From Nemertoderma westbladi (Eukaryota; Animalia; Xenacoelomorpha), in assembly GCA_032718475.1 (NCBI GenBank), contig JAUCBJ010002022.1, forward strand, positions 1 through 64,000: a stretch of 64,000 nt of DNA, read 5' to 3'. The position numbers were made by a program, and so were the translations under genes. Each line of letters opens with the position of its first letter. The first letter of the stretch is position 1. This document shows, piece by piece, positions 40,278-54,700 of this stretch. Below the pieces are notes generated by a model that was not told the DNA's origin, did not search any database, and saw only the letters and a list, made by a program, of their open reading frames with translations.

Positions 40278-43200
40278 GTATATGTAAATATAAAAAGTAA
40301 ATATATATAATCAAAACATAATTTTAAATTATTAATTAAACTTGGTTAAAATTAATTAATTTATATAAATTAATTGAAATGAATTATCTAATATGGCTGA
40401 AAAGAAGACAAATGATATTAAAATTAATAATCAAAACACTATTTGTAGATCATCAACTAAAATTAATTAGGATATCCATAAATCTAAATGAATTAAATAT
40501 TTTCCTATATACTTAGCCGTGTGTATCCAATATGTATGTAGAGTATTGTATGCATTGGCCATAGGCCGTAAGCGTAGGGTAGGATGTAGGGATTAGATAA
40601 GGTAGGCTTTCACCCCCCTCCCCCCATATCTCCATGTTGTAACATTGAGCTTCATGTGTGCCCTGAATGTCCTGTGCTCCTAACCAAACATTATTTTCAG
40701 ATAACCACAGGTTTATAAGTTTTTTTTGCTCTTTATAACCACAGGTTAGTACGTTTTAACCGTGGGTTTTTCTTTTATAACCATAGGTTATAAATAAATT
40801 AAAGCCTCAGTTTATTAAAATTACCGCCAGTTTTCTCAAATAAAACCGCCAGTTGACTGTTAATTAAACGGCGGTTTCGTAAAAACTGGTTTATTTGGTT
40901 GCCGTTTTACCTGTGGTTTTTTGAGAAAACCGGCAGTTTTAAATAGTTGAAACGCCAGTTACCAGCAGTAAACCATAGGTTAATAAATGCCGATTAAGTA
41001 TTTGACCGGGAATTTGCGTTAAACCAGAACCTGAGGTTACAGAAACCGGCAGTTCCTTGCGATATAAAATACCAGAGGTTTTACAACGCATTTTTAGGTT
41101 CTAAACAACTGGGGGTTATGGAACCGCCGGTTTTACGAGAGATAATCAACCCCCGGTTTGCACAACTGCCAGTTCTTGGCAATGTTTATTTACCGCCGGT
41201 TTGTAAAAACAACCTGCGGTGGTTTTCGTTGCAAAACAACCCCAGGTAGTTCTTGCAAACCGGCAGTTTTTTAACAAAATACCACCACTTACTTTTTTCA
41301 GTGAAGGTTAGTCACAAAACCACATCAAAACCCCAACACTTCCTACAAGGTTAGTCACAAAACCACATCAAAACCCCAACACTTCCTACAAGTTTAGTCA
41401 CAAATCCACATCAAAACCCCAACACTTTCCACAAGGTTAGTCACAAAACCACATCAAAACCCCAACACTTCCTACAAGGTTAGTCACAAAACCACATCAA
41501 AACCCCAACACTTCCTACAAGGTTAGTCACAAAACCACATCAAAACCCCAACACTTCCTACAAGTTAGTCACAAAACCACATCAAAACCCCAACACTTCC
41601 ACAAGGTTAGTCACAAAACCACATCAAAACCCCAACACTTCCTACAAGGTTAGTCACAAAACCACATCAAAACCCCAACACTTCCTACAAGGTTAGTCAC
41701 AAAACCACATCAAAACCCCAACACTTTCCACAAGGTTAGTCACAAAACCACATCAAAACCCCAACACTTCCTACAAGGTTAGTCACAAAACCACATCAAA
41801 ACCCCAACACTTCCTACAAGGTTAGTCACAAAACCACATCAAAACCCCAACACTTTCCACAAGGTTAGTCACAAAACCACATCAAAACCCCAACACTTCC
41901 TACAAGGTTAGTCACAAAACCACATCAAAACCCCAACACTTCCTACAAGGTTAGTCACAAAACCACATCAAACCCCAACACTTCCTACAAGGTTAGTATC
42001 AGAACCACAACACTTCCTACAAGGTTAGTCACAAAACCACATCAAAACCCCAACACTTTCCACAAGGTTAGTCACAAAACCACATCAAACCCCAACACTT
42101 CCTACAAGGTTAGTATCAGAACCACAACACTTCCTACAAGGTTAGTCACAAAACCACATCAAAACCCCAACACTTTCCACAAGGTTAGTCACAAAACCAC
42201 ATCAAAACCCCAACACTTCCTACAAGGTTAGTCACAAAACCACAACAAAACCCCAACACTTCCTACAAGTTTAGTCACAAATCCACATCAAAACCCCAAC
42301 ACTTTCCACAAGGTTAGTCACAAAACCACATCAAAACCCCAACACTTCCTACAAGGTTAGTCACAAAACCACATCAAAACCCCAACACTTCCTACAAGGT
42401 TAGTCACAAAACCACATCAAACCCCAACACTTCCTACAAGGTTAGTATCAGAACCACAACACTTCCTACAAGGTTAGTATCAAAACCACAACACTTCCTA
42501 CAAGGTTAGTATCAGAACCACAACACTTCCTACAAGGTTAGTGTCAGAACCCCAACACTTCCTACAAGGTTAGTATCAGAACCACAACACTTCCTAAAAT
42601 GTTAGTGTCAGAACCACAACACTTCCTACAAGGTTAGTATCAAAACCACAACACTTCCTAAAAGGTTAGTGTCAGAACCACAATACTTCCTAAAAGGTTA
42701 GTGTCAGAACCACAACACTTCCTACAAGGTTAGTGTCAGAACCACAACACTTCCTACAAGGTTAGTGTCAGAACCACAACACTTCCTACAAGGTTAGTAT
42801 CAAAACCCCAACACTTCCTACAAGGTTAGTATCAAAACCACAACACTTCCTACAAGGTTAGTATCAGAACCACAACACTTCCTAAAATGTTAGTGTCAGA
42901 ACCACAACACTTCCTACAAGGTTAGTATCAAAACCACAACACTTCCTAAAAGGTTAGTGTCAGAACCACAATACTTCCTACAAGGTTAGTCACAGAACCA
43001 CAACACTTCCTACAAGGTTAGTGTCAGAACCACAACACTTCCTACAAGGTTAGTATCAAAACCCCAACACTTCCTACAAGGTTAGTATCAAAACCACAAC
43101 TCTTCCTAAAAGGTTAGTGTCAGAACCACAACACTTCCTACAAGGTTAGTGTCAGAACCACAACACTTCCTACAAGGTTAGTGTCAGAACCACAACACTT

Positions 43201-46200
43201 CCTAAAATGTTAGTGTCAGAACCACAACACTTCCTACAAGGTTAGTATCAAAACCACAACACTTCCTAAAAGGTTAGTGTCAGAACCACAACACTTCCTA
43301 CAAGGTTAGTGTCAGAACCACAACACTTCCTACAAGGTTAGTGTCAGAACCACAACACTTCCTACAAGGTTAGTATCAAAACCCCAACACTTCCTACAAG
43401 GTTAGTATCAAAACCACAACACTTCCTACAAGTTTAGTCACAAAACCACATCAAAACCCCAACACTTTCCACAAGGTTAGTCACAAAACCACATCAAACC
43501 CGACCAATTAATTAATTGATTAATTAATTAATGACCTACTTAACACCCAAGGTGCGAAGTAGGTCCAACTGTCGCCAAGGATGGCAAACCATTACTACTC
43601 ACAAGGTTAGTCACAAAACCACATCAAAACCCCAACACTTCCTACAAGGTTAGTCACAAAACCACATCAAAACCCCAACACTTCCTACAAGGTTAGTCAC
43701 AAAACCACATCAAACCCCAACACTTCCTACAAGGTTAGTATCAGAACCACAACACTTCCTACAAGGTTAGTGTCAGAACCCCAACACTTCCTACAAGGTT
43801 AGTATCAGAACCACAACACTTCCTAAAATGTTAGTGTCAGAACCACAACACTTCCTACAAGGTTAGTATCAAAACCACAACACTTCCTAAAAGGTTAGTG
43901 TCAGAACCACAACACTTCCTACAAGGTTAGTGTCAGAACCACAACACTTCCTACAAGGTTAGTGTCAGAACCACAACACTTCCTACAAGGTTAGTATCAA
44001 AACCACAACACTTCCTAAAAGGTTAGTGTCAGAACCACAACACTTCCTACAAGGTTAGTGTCAGAACCACAACACTTCCTACAAGGTTAGTATCAGAACC
44101 ACAACACTTCCTACAAGGTTAGTATCAGAACCACAACACTTCCTAAAATGTTAGTGTCAGAACCACAACACTTCCTACAAGGTTAGTATCAAAACCACAA
44201 CACTTCCTAAAAGGTTAGTGTCAGAACCACAATACTTCCTACAAGGTTAGTCACAGAACCACAACACTTCCTACAAGGTTAGTGTCAGAACCACAACACT
44301 TCCTACAAGGTTAGTATCAAAACCCCAACACTTCCTACAAGGTTAGTATCAAAACCACAACACTTCCTACAAGGTTAGTCACAAAACCACATCAAACCCC
44401 AACACTTCCTACAAGGTTAGTATCAGAACCACAACACTTCCTACAAGGTTAGTGTCAGAACCCCAACACTTCCTACAAGGTTAGTATCAGAACCACAACA
44501 CTTCCTAAAATGTTAGTGTCAGAACCACAACACTTCCTACAAGGTTAGTATCAAAACCACAACACTTCCTAAAAGGTTAGTGTCAGAACCACAACACTTC
44601 CTACAAGGTTAGTCACAGAACCACAACACTTCCTACAAGGTTAGTGTCAGAACCACAACACTTCCTACAAGGTTAGTATCAAAACCACAACACTTCCTAA
44701 AAGGTTAGTGTCAGAACCACAACACTTCCTACAAGGTTAGTCACAGAACCACAACACTTCCTACAAGGTTAGTGTCAGAACCACAACACTTCCTACAAGG
44801 TTAGTATCAAAACCACAACACTTCCTAAAAGGTTAGTGTCAGAACCACAACACTTCCTACAAGGTTAGTCACAGAACCACAACACTTCCTACAAGGTTAG
44901 TGTCAGAACCACAACACTTCCTACAAGGTTAGTATCAAAACCACAACACTTCCTAAAAGGTTAGTGTCAGAACCACAACACTTCCTACAAGGTTAGTCAC
45001 AGAACCACAACACTTCCTACAAGGTTAGTGTCAGAACCACAACACTTCCTACAAGGTTAGTATCAAAACCACAACACTTCCTAAAAGGTTAGTGTCAGAA
45101 CCACAACACTTCCTACAAGGTTAGTCACAGAACCACAACACTTCCTACAAGGTTAGTGTCAGAACCACAACACTTCCTACAAGGTTAGTCACAGAACCAC
45201 AACACTTCCTACAAGTTTAGTCACAAAACCACATCAAAACCCCAACACTTTCCACAAGGTTAGTCACAAAACCACATCAAAACCCCAACACTTCCTACAA
45301 GGTTAGTCACAAAACCACATCAAAACCCCAACACTTCCTACAAGGTTAGTCACAAAACCACATCAAAACCCCAACACTTCCTACAAGGTTGGTCACAAAA
45401 CCACATCAAAACCCCAACACTTCCTACAAGGTTAGTCACAAAACCACATCAAAACCCCAACACTTCCTACAAGGTTAGTCACAAAACCACATCAAACCCC
45501 AACACTTCCTACAAGGTTAGTATCAGAACCACAACACTTCCTACAAGGTTAGTGTCAGAACCCCAACACTTCCTACAAGGTTAGTATCAGAACCACAACA
45601 CTTCCTAAAATGTTAGTGTCAGAACCACAACACTTCCTACAAGGTTAGTATCAAAACCACAACACTTCCTAAAAGGTTAGTGTCAGAACCACAACACTTC
45701 CTACAAGGTTAGTATCAAAACCACAACACTTCCTAAAAGGTTAGTGTCAGAACCACAACACTTCCTACAAGGTTAGTCACAGAACCACAACACTTCCTAC
45801 AAGGTTAGTGTCAGAACCACAACACTTCCTACAAGGTTAGTCACAGAACCACAACACTTCCTACAAGTTTAGTCACAAAACCACATCAAAACCCCAACAC
45901 TTTCCACAAGGTTAGTCACAAAACCACATCAAAACCCCAACACTTCCTACAAGGTTAGTCACAAAACCACATCAAAACCCCAACACTTCCTACAAGGTTA
46001 GTCACAAAACCACATCAAAACCCCAACACTTCCTACAAGGTTGGTCACAAAACCACATCAAAACCCCAACACTTCCTACAAGGTTAGTCACAAAACCACA
46101 TCAAAACCCCAACTCTTCCTACAAGGTTAGTCACAAAACCACATCAAAACCCCAACACTTCCTACAAGGTTAGTCACAAAACCACATCAAACCCCAACAC

Positions 46201-48576
46201 TTCCTACAAGGTTAGTATCAGAACCACAACACTTCCTACAAGGTTAGTGTCAGAACCCCAACACTTCCTACAAGGTTAGTATCAGAACCACAACACTTCC
46301 TAAAATGTTAGTGTCAGAACCACAACACTTCCTACAAGGTTAGTATCAAAACCACAACACTTCCTAAAAGGTTAGTGTCAGAACCACAACACTTCCTACA
46401 AGGTTAGTATCAAAACCACAACACTTCCTAAAAGGTTAGTGTCAGAACCACAACACTTCCTACAAGGTTAGTCACAGAACCACAACACTTCCTACAAGGT
46501 TAGTGTCAGAACCACAACACTTCCTACAAGGTTAGTCACAGAACCACAACACTTCCTACAAGGTTAGTATCAGAACCACAACACTTCCTACAAGGTTAGT
46601 CACAAAACCACATCACTTCCTAAAAGGTTAGTGTCAGAACCCCAACACTTCCTACAAGGTTAGTATCAGAACCACAACACTTCCTACAAGGTTAGTGTCA
46701 GAACCACAACACTTCCTAAAAGGTTAGTGTCAGAACCCCAACACTTCCTACAAGGTTAGTATCAGAACCACAACACTTCCTACAAGGTTAGTGTCAGAAC
46801 CCCAACACTTCCTACAAGGTTAGTATCAGAACCACAACACTTCCTACAAGATTAGTGTCAGAACCACAACACTTCCTACAAGGTTAGTCACAAAACCACA
46901 TCACTTCCTAAAAGGTTAGTGTCAGAACCCCAACACTTCCTACAAGGTTAGTATCAGAACCACAACACTTCCTACAAGGTTAGTGTCAGAACCCCAACAC
47001 TTCCTACAAGGTTAGTATCAGAACCACAACACTTCCTACAAGGTTAGTGTCAGAACCCCAACACTTCCTACAAGGTTAGTATCAGAACCACAACACTTCC
47101 TACAAGGTTAGTGTCAGAACCCCAACACTTCCTACAAGGTTAGTGTCAGAACCACAACACTTCCTACAAGGTTAGTGTCAGAACCACAACACTTCCTACA
47201 AGGTTAGTATCAAAACCCCAACACTTCCTACAAGGTTAGTATCAAATCCACAACACTTCCTACAAGGTTAGTGTCAGAACCACAACACTTCCTACAAGGT
47301 TAGTGTCAGAACCACAACACTTCCTAAAAGGTTAGTGTCAGAACCACAACACTTCCTACAAGGTTAGTGTCAGAACCACAACACTTCCTACAAGGTTAGT
47401 CACAGAACCACAACACTTCCTACAAATTATGTCTATTACTATTCAATTTATTCAGTTCAACATAGATCGTTTTATGCGTATGTGAGTGATATGTTTATAT
47501 TATGTTTAACGAACGTCTGTAGGCTCCAATTGCTTTTGATAAATAAAATATCAATTTTTTAATATATATTGCGGAAAATCCTTGCGGGACATATTTATTT
47601 TAAAAAATATTATATAGGGTACAGAGGTCCAGCTGTTCTGAAAATGTCAGACAAGACAAATTAAATCATTCAGTAACGACATTGATTGACGTGTTTCCAA
47701 TTTAAACACAACAGTCAATCAATACATTAAATTATAAAATAGAAATTGACATCATAGCGTGAAATTTTCCACAAACCAGACTGGGTAAATGCTTTATATA
47801 TAAAAAACCTATAAAAAGGAACTATTTTATACTACGTAGACTGGTCAAGTCTACATGTTACGTGTACATTTCAACCCTGACTATTCGTTCCCGTCTACTT
47901 CCTTTGCACTGAAGTTAATTTAGTTCCCACGCACGCAAGTTGCAGGGTTTTTACAAGGGATTTTTGCAACAAATATTTTAAACAGATAAATAGAAATGCC
48001 TTGCATTTTTTGAATGTCTATAGAATTTGAAGAAGATAACGATTTCTACTATTATTTTCAACTTAAAGTTTCCCCTATTGGAATTCTATGACGTTTTCAC
48101 TATAAACGAATTCATCTACACAACAGATTATAATTAGATTAGTAATGGCTCCAGTTATATGAACGAGCATCCTGTCAGAAACTACAATTCACTTAAAACC
48201 GAAGACATAATATCGTGTCTTATTAACCTAATATAGAAATATAACGAATGACGCTATTGATTTAAGTTTTCTTTCTGTATTCCCAGTTATGAACTTGGGA
48301 TATTTCTATCATAGATTCAGCCATTGTCCACAAATCGTAATGAATGAAAAATATTTCGATTTCCTCTGTCCCGTTTACAATGAGTTCTCAGATTACCTAC
48401 AATCACAGTCGCTCACTATACCACACAATGGATCCTCCATACACTCTATATAATTCTGTATACATAATTATTAATACATCGCATTTCATTCAACCCTACA
48501 TTTTCATCGTGAGTTAAATTAAACATTTTAAAGATTTAAACCAAAACAATACAATATGTATTGGTATACATACATA

Positions 48577-50315
48577 TACACGAAGTGGGGCCTTCGCGCA
48601 GCACGTGACTTAAATTTAATTTAAGTACTAATTCGAAAGTATTACTGTATTAGGATATTATTGGAATGTGGTGTGGAATGTTAGGAATGTATATGAATCA
48701 GCAGTCCGGTAGAGGTTTACATATTTAAAAGAACTGCCGAAATATAAGTTATATGAGTATTATTTGTTATGATTTCTACAATTATATTCTTCCACGCAAA
48801 GTTCCTAGTCCTATAGGTCCAATCAAAACATTCTGTATATTGCCAATGGTTCAACGTAATCAAAGAGACGACGCTAGACACGCACGCAGCCAATCCCAGT
48901 GAAAAATGCACGCAAATAAGTAGTCATAAGTGATAATTCTAGAAAGGCTTTTCTGCGAATGTAGGCTATTGTGTAATTCATTTCAGTACCGGTCTGCCTA
49001 ACTGTCTGCACCAGGTGTCTGCACCAGGTGTCTGCACCAGGTGTCTGCACCAGGTGTCTGCACTAGGTGTCTGCACCAGGTGTCTGCACCAGGTGTCTGC
49101 ACCAGGTGTCTGCACCCACCAGGTGTCTGCACCAGGTGTCTGCACCAGGTGTCTGCACCAGGTGTCTGCACCAGGTGTCTGCACCAGTTGTCTGCACCAG
49201 GTGTCTGCACCAGGTGTCTGCACCAGGTGTCTGCTTAACGTTTACACCCCAATTCCGCTTGGTTTATATCTTGATTATCAATAAAATAGTAACGTGAAAT
49301 ATTTATGGAGCGTATATTTGAGAATGTTGAAATAATGCGTTTAGTAGTGTGACCAGCGTCTTGAATTTCCGCTTACCTCTAGCGGCAGACTGGAGAAATG
49401 CAGATCGACCACCTTCCTCAGAAAGACGCAGCATGTGCTCTAGTACATATGCCAATATTCACTTTAAATAAATTAATATCAAGGAATTGGGGACAGTTAT
49501 ACATTTCGCCCTCTAGCGGCAGACTGGAGGACTCCAGACCGTTTACTGCCCACCAAAGACTCAGGCCGACTTCTACTACATATCTGCTACGTTTCAGCTT
49601 GAACGGATCATAAATAACGAGATGGGAGAAAGATTTCACTTTCAAACATTTCGCCCTCTAGCGGCAGACTGAAGAACTGCACACGGATTAGCCTTCAATT
49701 CAATTCAATTCAATTCCTTCTTTCAAAGTCACAGCTAATGGTCTAGTACATATCTGCCAAATTTCAGCATAAATGGATTAAAAGCAAAGAAATGGGAGGA
49801 CATTTAACGTTTAGACATGTGGCCCTCTAGCAGGAGACTATTGCTCTGATGGTGTCTGAAAGTCTCTCAAACGTCTCAACTTTAGCTCATATTGATACCT
49901 ACAAATTTTCAACTTGGCAGCTTTAAATCCGACAAAGTTATTAGCATGTCAAAATCGTAACGACGACAACGATTTCACTTTCAGACCTTTGGCCCTCTAG
50001 CGGCAGACTGGAGAACTGCAGATGGATTCGCCTCCTTTGAAAGTCACAGCTAATGGTCTAATACATATCCGCCAAGTTTCAGCTTAAACGGATTAAAAGC
50101 AAAGAAATGGGAGGGCATTTAATGTTTAGACATGTGGCCCTCTAGCGGGAGACCATTGCACTGATGGTGTCTGAAAGTCTCTCAAAAATCTCAACTTTTG
50201 CTCATATTGATACCTACAAATTTTCAACTTGGCAGCTTTAAATCCGACAAAGTTATTAGCATGTCAAAATCGTAACGACGACGACGACGACGACGACAAC
50301 GACGACGACGACGAC

Positions 50316-50347
<32 letters not shown>

Positions 50348-50428
50348 CAACTATTTGCATAAATTGACCCACCCCCTAACAGTGTCAATTCGCTAAGGCT
50401 CCGCCAACTTCGTGGCTCGCCCCACAAT
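48577..50428 (+). mobile_element. Helentron/DINE-1-like non-autonomous element, copy 2
   Basis: Starts tacacgaagtggggccttcgcgcagcacgtga and ends ttcgctaaggctccgccaacttcgtggctcgccccacaat. Repeated core ccctctagcggcagactgga, an internal duplication of about 310 bp and a (gac)n tract at 50276-50348. Confidence 0.65.
49003..49234. repeat. 13-bp tandem repeat
   Basis: (tgtctgcaccagg)n, about 17 copies. Confidence 0.95.
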
Positions 50429-50766
50429 ATGATCATATAATATAATATAATGTTTGTTCGATTACCACGTTATATATAATATAATAACCCGCCTCAATGT
50501 TAAATTCTCAATTTAGGGAAAGGAGCAAATCGCTCTCAAGGGGAAGTTCGACGCAAATAACAGCTGATTACTCCCAGAAATAAATCTGTAAGCAGTTCTT
50601 TGATTGATTCGCCGAGATGGGATTTGCGTCCACCCCATCCCCCTGTCACTGTCTCATCTGTTCAGATAATTCAACAGTCTAGACAATCATTTTATTAATT
50701 TTATTTCAATGGGCTGCGGTAAACGGAGCGGTGTACCGCACAACTACTGTATGTTGTGTCCTTCAG

Positions 50767-50944
50767 AGTCAAGGGTAATCAAAATCATTTACCACACAGA
50801 CACCGCTCTTATACCGCTGGGTCGTTCACACCCTGCGGTACACCGAGCGGTATTCCGTTCCGCTGGATGTGAACGGTGCTTTAGGAAACCGCCCAGCCCG
50901 GGATACCTTACTACCATAGCACGCCCAGTTCACCAGTACCCGGG
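50767..50944 (+). CDS. ABLIM: abLIM/UNC-115-like gene, probable exon D (boundaries and frame uncertain)
   Basis: GC-balanced island after acceptor gtgtccttcag|, with an alternative acceptor tttag| at 50884. RKPPSPGY resembles the UNC-115-type PKPGY motif. A phase-2 donor GG|gtacct at 50945 fits the next exon. Confidence 0.55.
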
Positions 50945-51701
50945 GTACCTTACTACCATAGCACGCCCAGTTCACCAGTACCCGGGGTACCTTACTACCA
51001 TAGCACGCCCAGTTCACCAGTACCCGGGGTACCTTACTACCATAGCACGCCCAGTTCACCAGTACCCGGGGTACCTTACTACCATAGCACGCCCAGTTCA
51101 CCAGTACCCGGGGTACCTTACTACCATAGCACGCCCAGTTCACCAGTACCCGGGATACCTTACTACCATAGCACGCCCAGTTCACCAGTACCCGGGGTAC
51201 CTTACTACCATAACACGCCCAGTTCACCAGTACCCGGGGTACCTTACTACCATAGCACGCCCAGTTCACCAGTACCCGGGGTACCTTACTACCATAGCAC
51301 GCCCAGTTCACCAGTACCCGGGGTACCTTACTACCATAGCACGCCCAGTTCACCAGTACCCGGGGTACCTTACTACCATAGCACGCCCAGTTCACCAGTA
51401 CCCGGGGTACCTTACTACCATAGCACGCCCAGTTCACCAGTACCCGGGGTACCTTACTACCATAGCACGCCCAGTTCACCAGTACCCGGGGTACCTTACT
51501 ACCATAGCACGCCCAGTTCACCAGTACCCGTGGTACCTTACTACCATAGCACGCCCAGTTCACCAGTACCCGGGGTACCTTACTACCATAACACGCCCAG
51601 TTCACCAGTACCCGGGGTACCTTACTACCATAGCACGCCCAGTTCACCAGTACCCGGGGTACCTTACTACCATAGCACGCCCAGTTCACCAGTACCCGTG
51701 G
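50897..51701. repeat. 42-bp minisatellite, about 19 units, at the end of exon D
   Basis: Unit ccggggtaccttactaccatagcacgcccagttcaccagtac, which reads PGYLTTIARPVHQY in frame with exon D. Confidence 0.97.
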
Positions 51702-54700
51702 TACCTTAGCACGCTTACTTCACCAGTACCCGTGGTACCTTAGCACGCTTACTTCACCAGTACCCGTGGTACCTTAGCTCGCTTACTTCAGCAGTACCCG
51801 GTGTACCTTGGTACCTTAGCACGCTTACTTCACCCGTACCCGTGGTACCTTAGCTCGCTTACTTCACCAGTACGCGGTGTACCTTAGTACGCTTACTTCA
51901 CCAGTACCCGTGGTACCTTAGCTCGCTTACTTCAGCAGTACCCGGTGTACCTTAGCACGCTTACTTCACCAGTACCCGTGGTACCTTAGCACGCTTACTT
52001 CACCAGTACCCGTGGTACCTTAGCTCGCTTACTTCAGCAGTACCCGGTGTACCTTAGCACGCTTACTTCACCAGTACCCGTGGTACCTTAGCACGCTTAC
52101 TTCACCAGTACCCGTGGTACCTTAGCACGCTTACTTCACCAGTACGCGGTGTACCTTAGCACGCTTACTTCACCAGTACCCGTGGTACCTTAGCACGCTT
52201 CCTACTTCACCAGTACGCGGTGTACCTTAGCACGCTTACTTCAGCAGTACCCGTGGTACCTTAGCACGCTTACTTCACCAGTACCCGTGGTACCTTTGCA
52301 CGCTTACTTCACCAGTACGCGGTGTACCTTAGCACGCTTCCTACTTCACCAGTACCCGTGGTACCTTAGCACGCTTACTTCACCAGTACGCGGTGTACCT
52401 TAGCACGCTTACTTCACCAGTACCCGTGGTACCTTAGCACGCTTCCTACTTCATCAGTACCCGGGGTACCTTAGCACGCTTACTTCACCAGTACCCGTGG
52501 TACCTTAGCACACTTCCTACTTCACCAGTACCCGTGGTACCTTAGCACGCTTCCTACTTCACCAGTACGCGGTGTACCTTAGCACGCTTACTTCAGCAGT
52601 ACCCGTGGTACCTTAGCACGCTTACTTCACCAGTACCCGTGGTACCTTAGCACGCTTACTTCACCAGTACGCGGTGTACCTTAGCACGCTTACTTAACCA
52701 GTACCCGTGGTACCTTAGCACGCTTCCTACTTCACCAGTACCCGTGGTACCTTAGCACGCTTACTTCACCAGTACGCGGTGTACCTTAGCACGCTTACTT
52801 CACCAGTACCCGTGGTACCTTAGCACGCTTCCTACTTCATCAGTACCCGGGGTACCTTAGCACGCTTACTTCACCAGTACCCGTGGTACCTTAGCACGCT
52901 TACTTCAGCAGTACCCGTGGTACCTTAGCACGCTTACTTCAGCAGTACCCGGTGTACCTTAGCACGCTTACTTCACCAGTACCCGTGGTACCTTAGCACG
53001 CTTACTTCACCAGTACCCGAGGTACCTTAGCACGCTTACTTCACCAGTTGTACCCGGCGTACCTTAGCACGCTTACTTCACCAGTACCCGAGGTACCTTA
53101 GCACGCTTCCTACTTCACCAGTACCCGTGGTACCTTAGCACGCTTACTTCACCAGTACCCGTGGTACCTTAGCACGCTTACTTCACCAGTACGCGGTGTA
53201 ACTTAGCACGCTTACTTCACCCGTACCCGTGGTACCTTAGCTCGCTTACTTCACCAGTACCCGTGGTACCTTAGCACGCTTACTTCAGCAGTACCCGTGG
53301 TACCTTAGCACGCTTACTTCACCAGTACCCGTGGTACCTTAGCACGCTTCCTACTTCACCAGTACCCGTGGTACCTTAGCACGCTTACTTCAGCAGTACC
53401 CGTGGTACCTTAGCACGCTTACTTCACCAGTACCCGTGGTACCTTAGCACGCTTACTTCACCAGTACCCGTGGTACCTTAGCACGCTTACTTCACCAGTA
53501 CCCGTGGTACCTTAGCACGCTTACTTCACCAGTACCCGTGGTACCTTAGCACGCTTACTTCAGCAGTACCCGTGGTACCTTAGCACGCTTACTTCACCAG
53601 TACCCGTGGTACCTTAGCACGCTTACTTCACCAGTACCCGTGGTACCTTAGCACGCTTACTTCACCCGTACCCGTGGTACCTTAGCTCGCTTACTTCAGC
53701 AGTACCCGGTGTAGCTTAGCACGCTTACTTCACCAGTACCCGTGGTACCTTAGCACGCTTACTTCACCAGTACCCGTGGTACCTTAGCTCGCTTACTTCA
53801 GCAGTACCCGGTGTACCTTAGCACGCTTACTTCACCAGTACCCGTGGTACCTTAGCACGCTTACTTCACCAGTACCCGTGGTACCTTAGCACGCTTACTT
53901 CACCAGTACGCGGTGTACCTTAGCACGCTTACTTCACCAGTACCCGTGGTACCTTAGCACGCTTCCTACTTCACCAGTACGCGGTGTACCTTAGCACGCT
54001 TACTTCAGCAGTACCCGTGGTACCTTAGCACGCTTACATCACCAGTACCCGTGGTACCTTAGCACGCTTACTTCACCAGTACGCGGTGTACCTTAGCACG
54101 CTTACTTCACCAGTACCCGTGGTACCTTAGCACGCTTACTTCACCAGTACGCGGTGTACCTTAGCACGCTTACTTCACCAGTACCCGTGGTACCTTAGCA
54201 CGCTTCCTACTTCACCAGTACCCGTGGTACCTTAGCACGCTTACTTCACCAGTACGCGGTGTACCTTTGCACGCTTACTTCACCAGTACCCGTGGTACCT
54301 TAGCACGCTTCCTACTTCATCAGTACCCGGGGTACCTTAGCACGCTTACTTCACCAGTACCCGGGGTACATTAGCACGCTTCCTACTTCACCAGTACCCG
54401 TGGTACCTTAGAACGCTTCCTACATCACCAGTACCCGTGGTACCTTAGCACGCTTACTTCACCAGTACGCGGTGTACCTTAGCACGCTTACTTCACCAGT
54501 ACGCGGTGTACCTTGGCACGCTTACTTCACCAGTACGCGGTGTACCTTAGCACGCTTACTTCACCAGTACGCGGTGTACCTTAGCACGCTTACTTCACCA
54601 GTACCCGTGGTACCTTAGCACGCTTCCTACTTCACCAGTACCCGTGGTACCTTAGCACGCTTACTTCACCAGTACGCGGTGTACCTTAGCACGCTTACTT

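Larger units (their letters stand above)
39034..41303. mobile_element. CACTA/EnSpm (CMC)-like non-autonomous DNA transposon, 2270 bp
   Basis: Perfect 18-bp TIR cactgaaaaaagtaagtg / cacttacttttttcagtg. A 2-bp TSD (AA) restores the repeat unit ccacAAggtt. Many subterminal aaccggcggtt-like motifs and no transposase ORF. Confidence 0.9.
37731..47425. repeat. 43/32-bp minisatellite spanning the exon C donor, interrupted by a transposon and a 100-bp insert
   Basis: Units gttagtcacaaaaccacatcaaaaccccaacacttcctacaag (43 bp) and gttagt(a/g)tca(g/a)aaccacaacacttcctacaag (32 bp). Confidence 0.97.
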
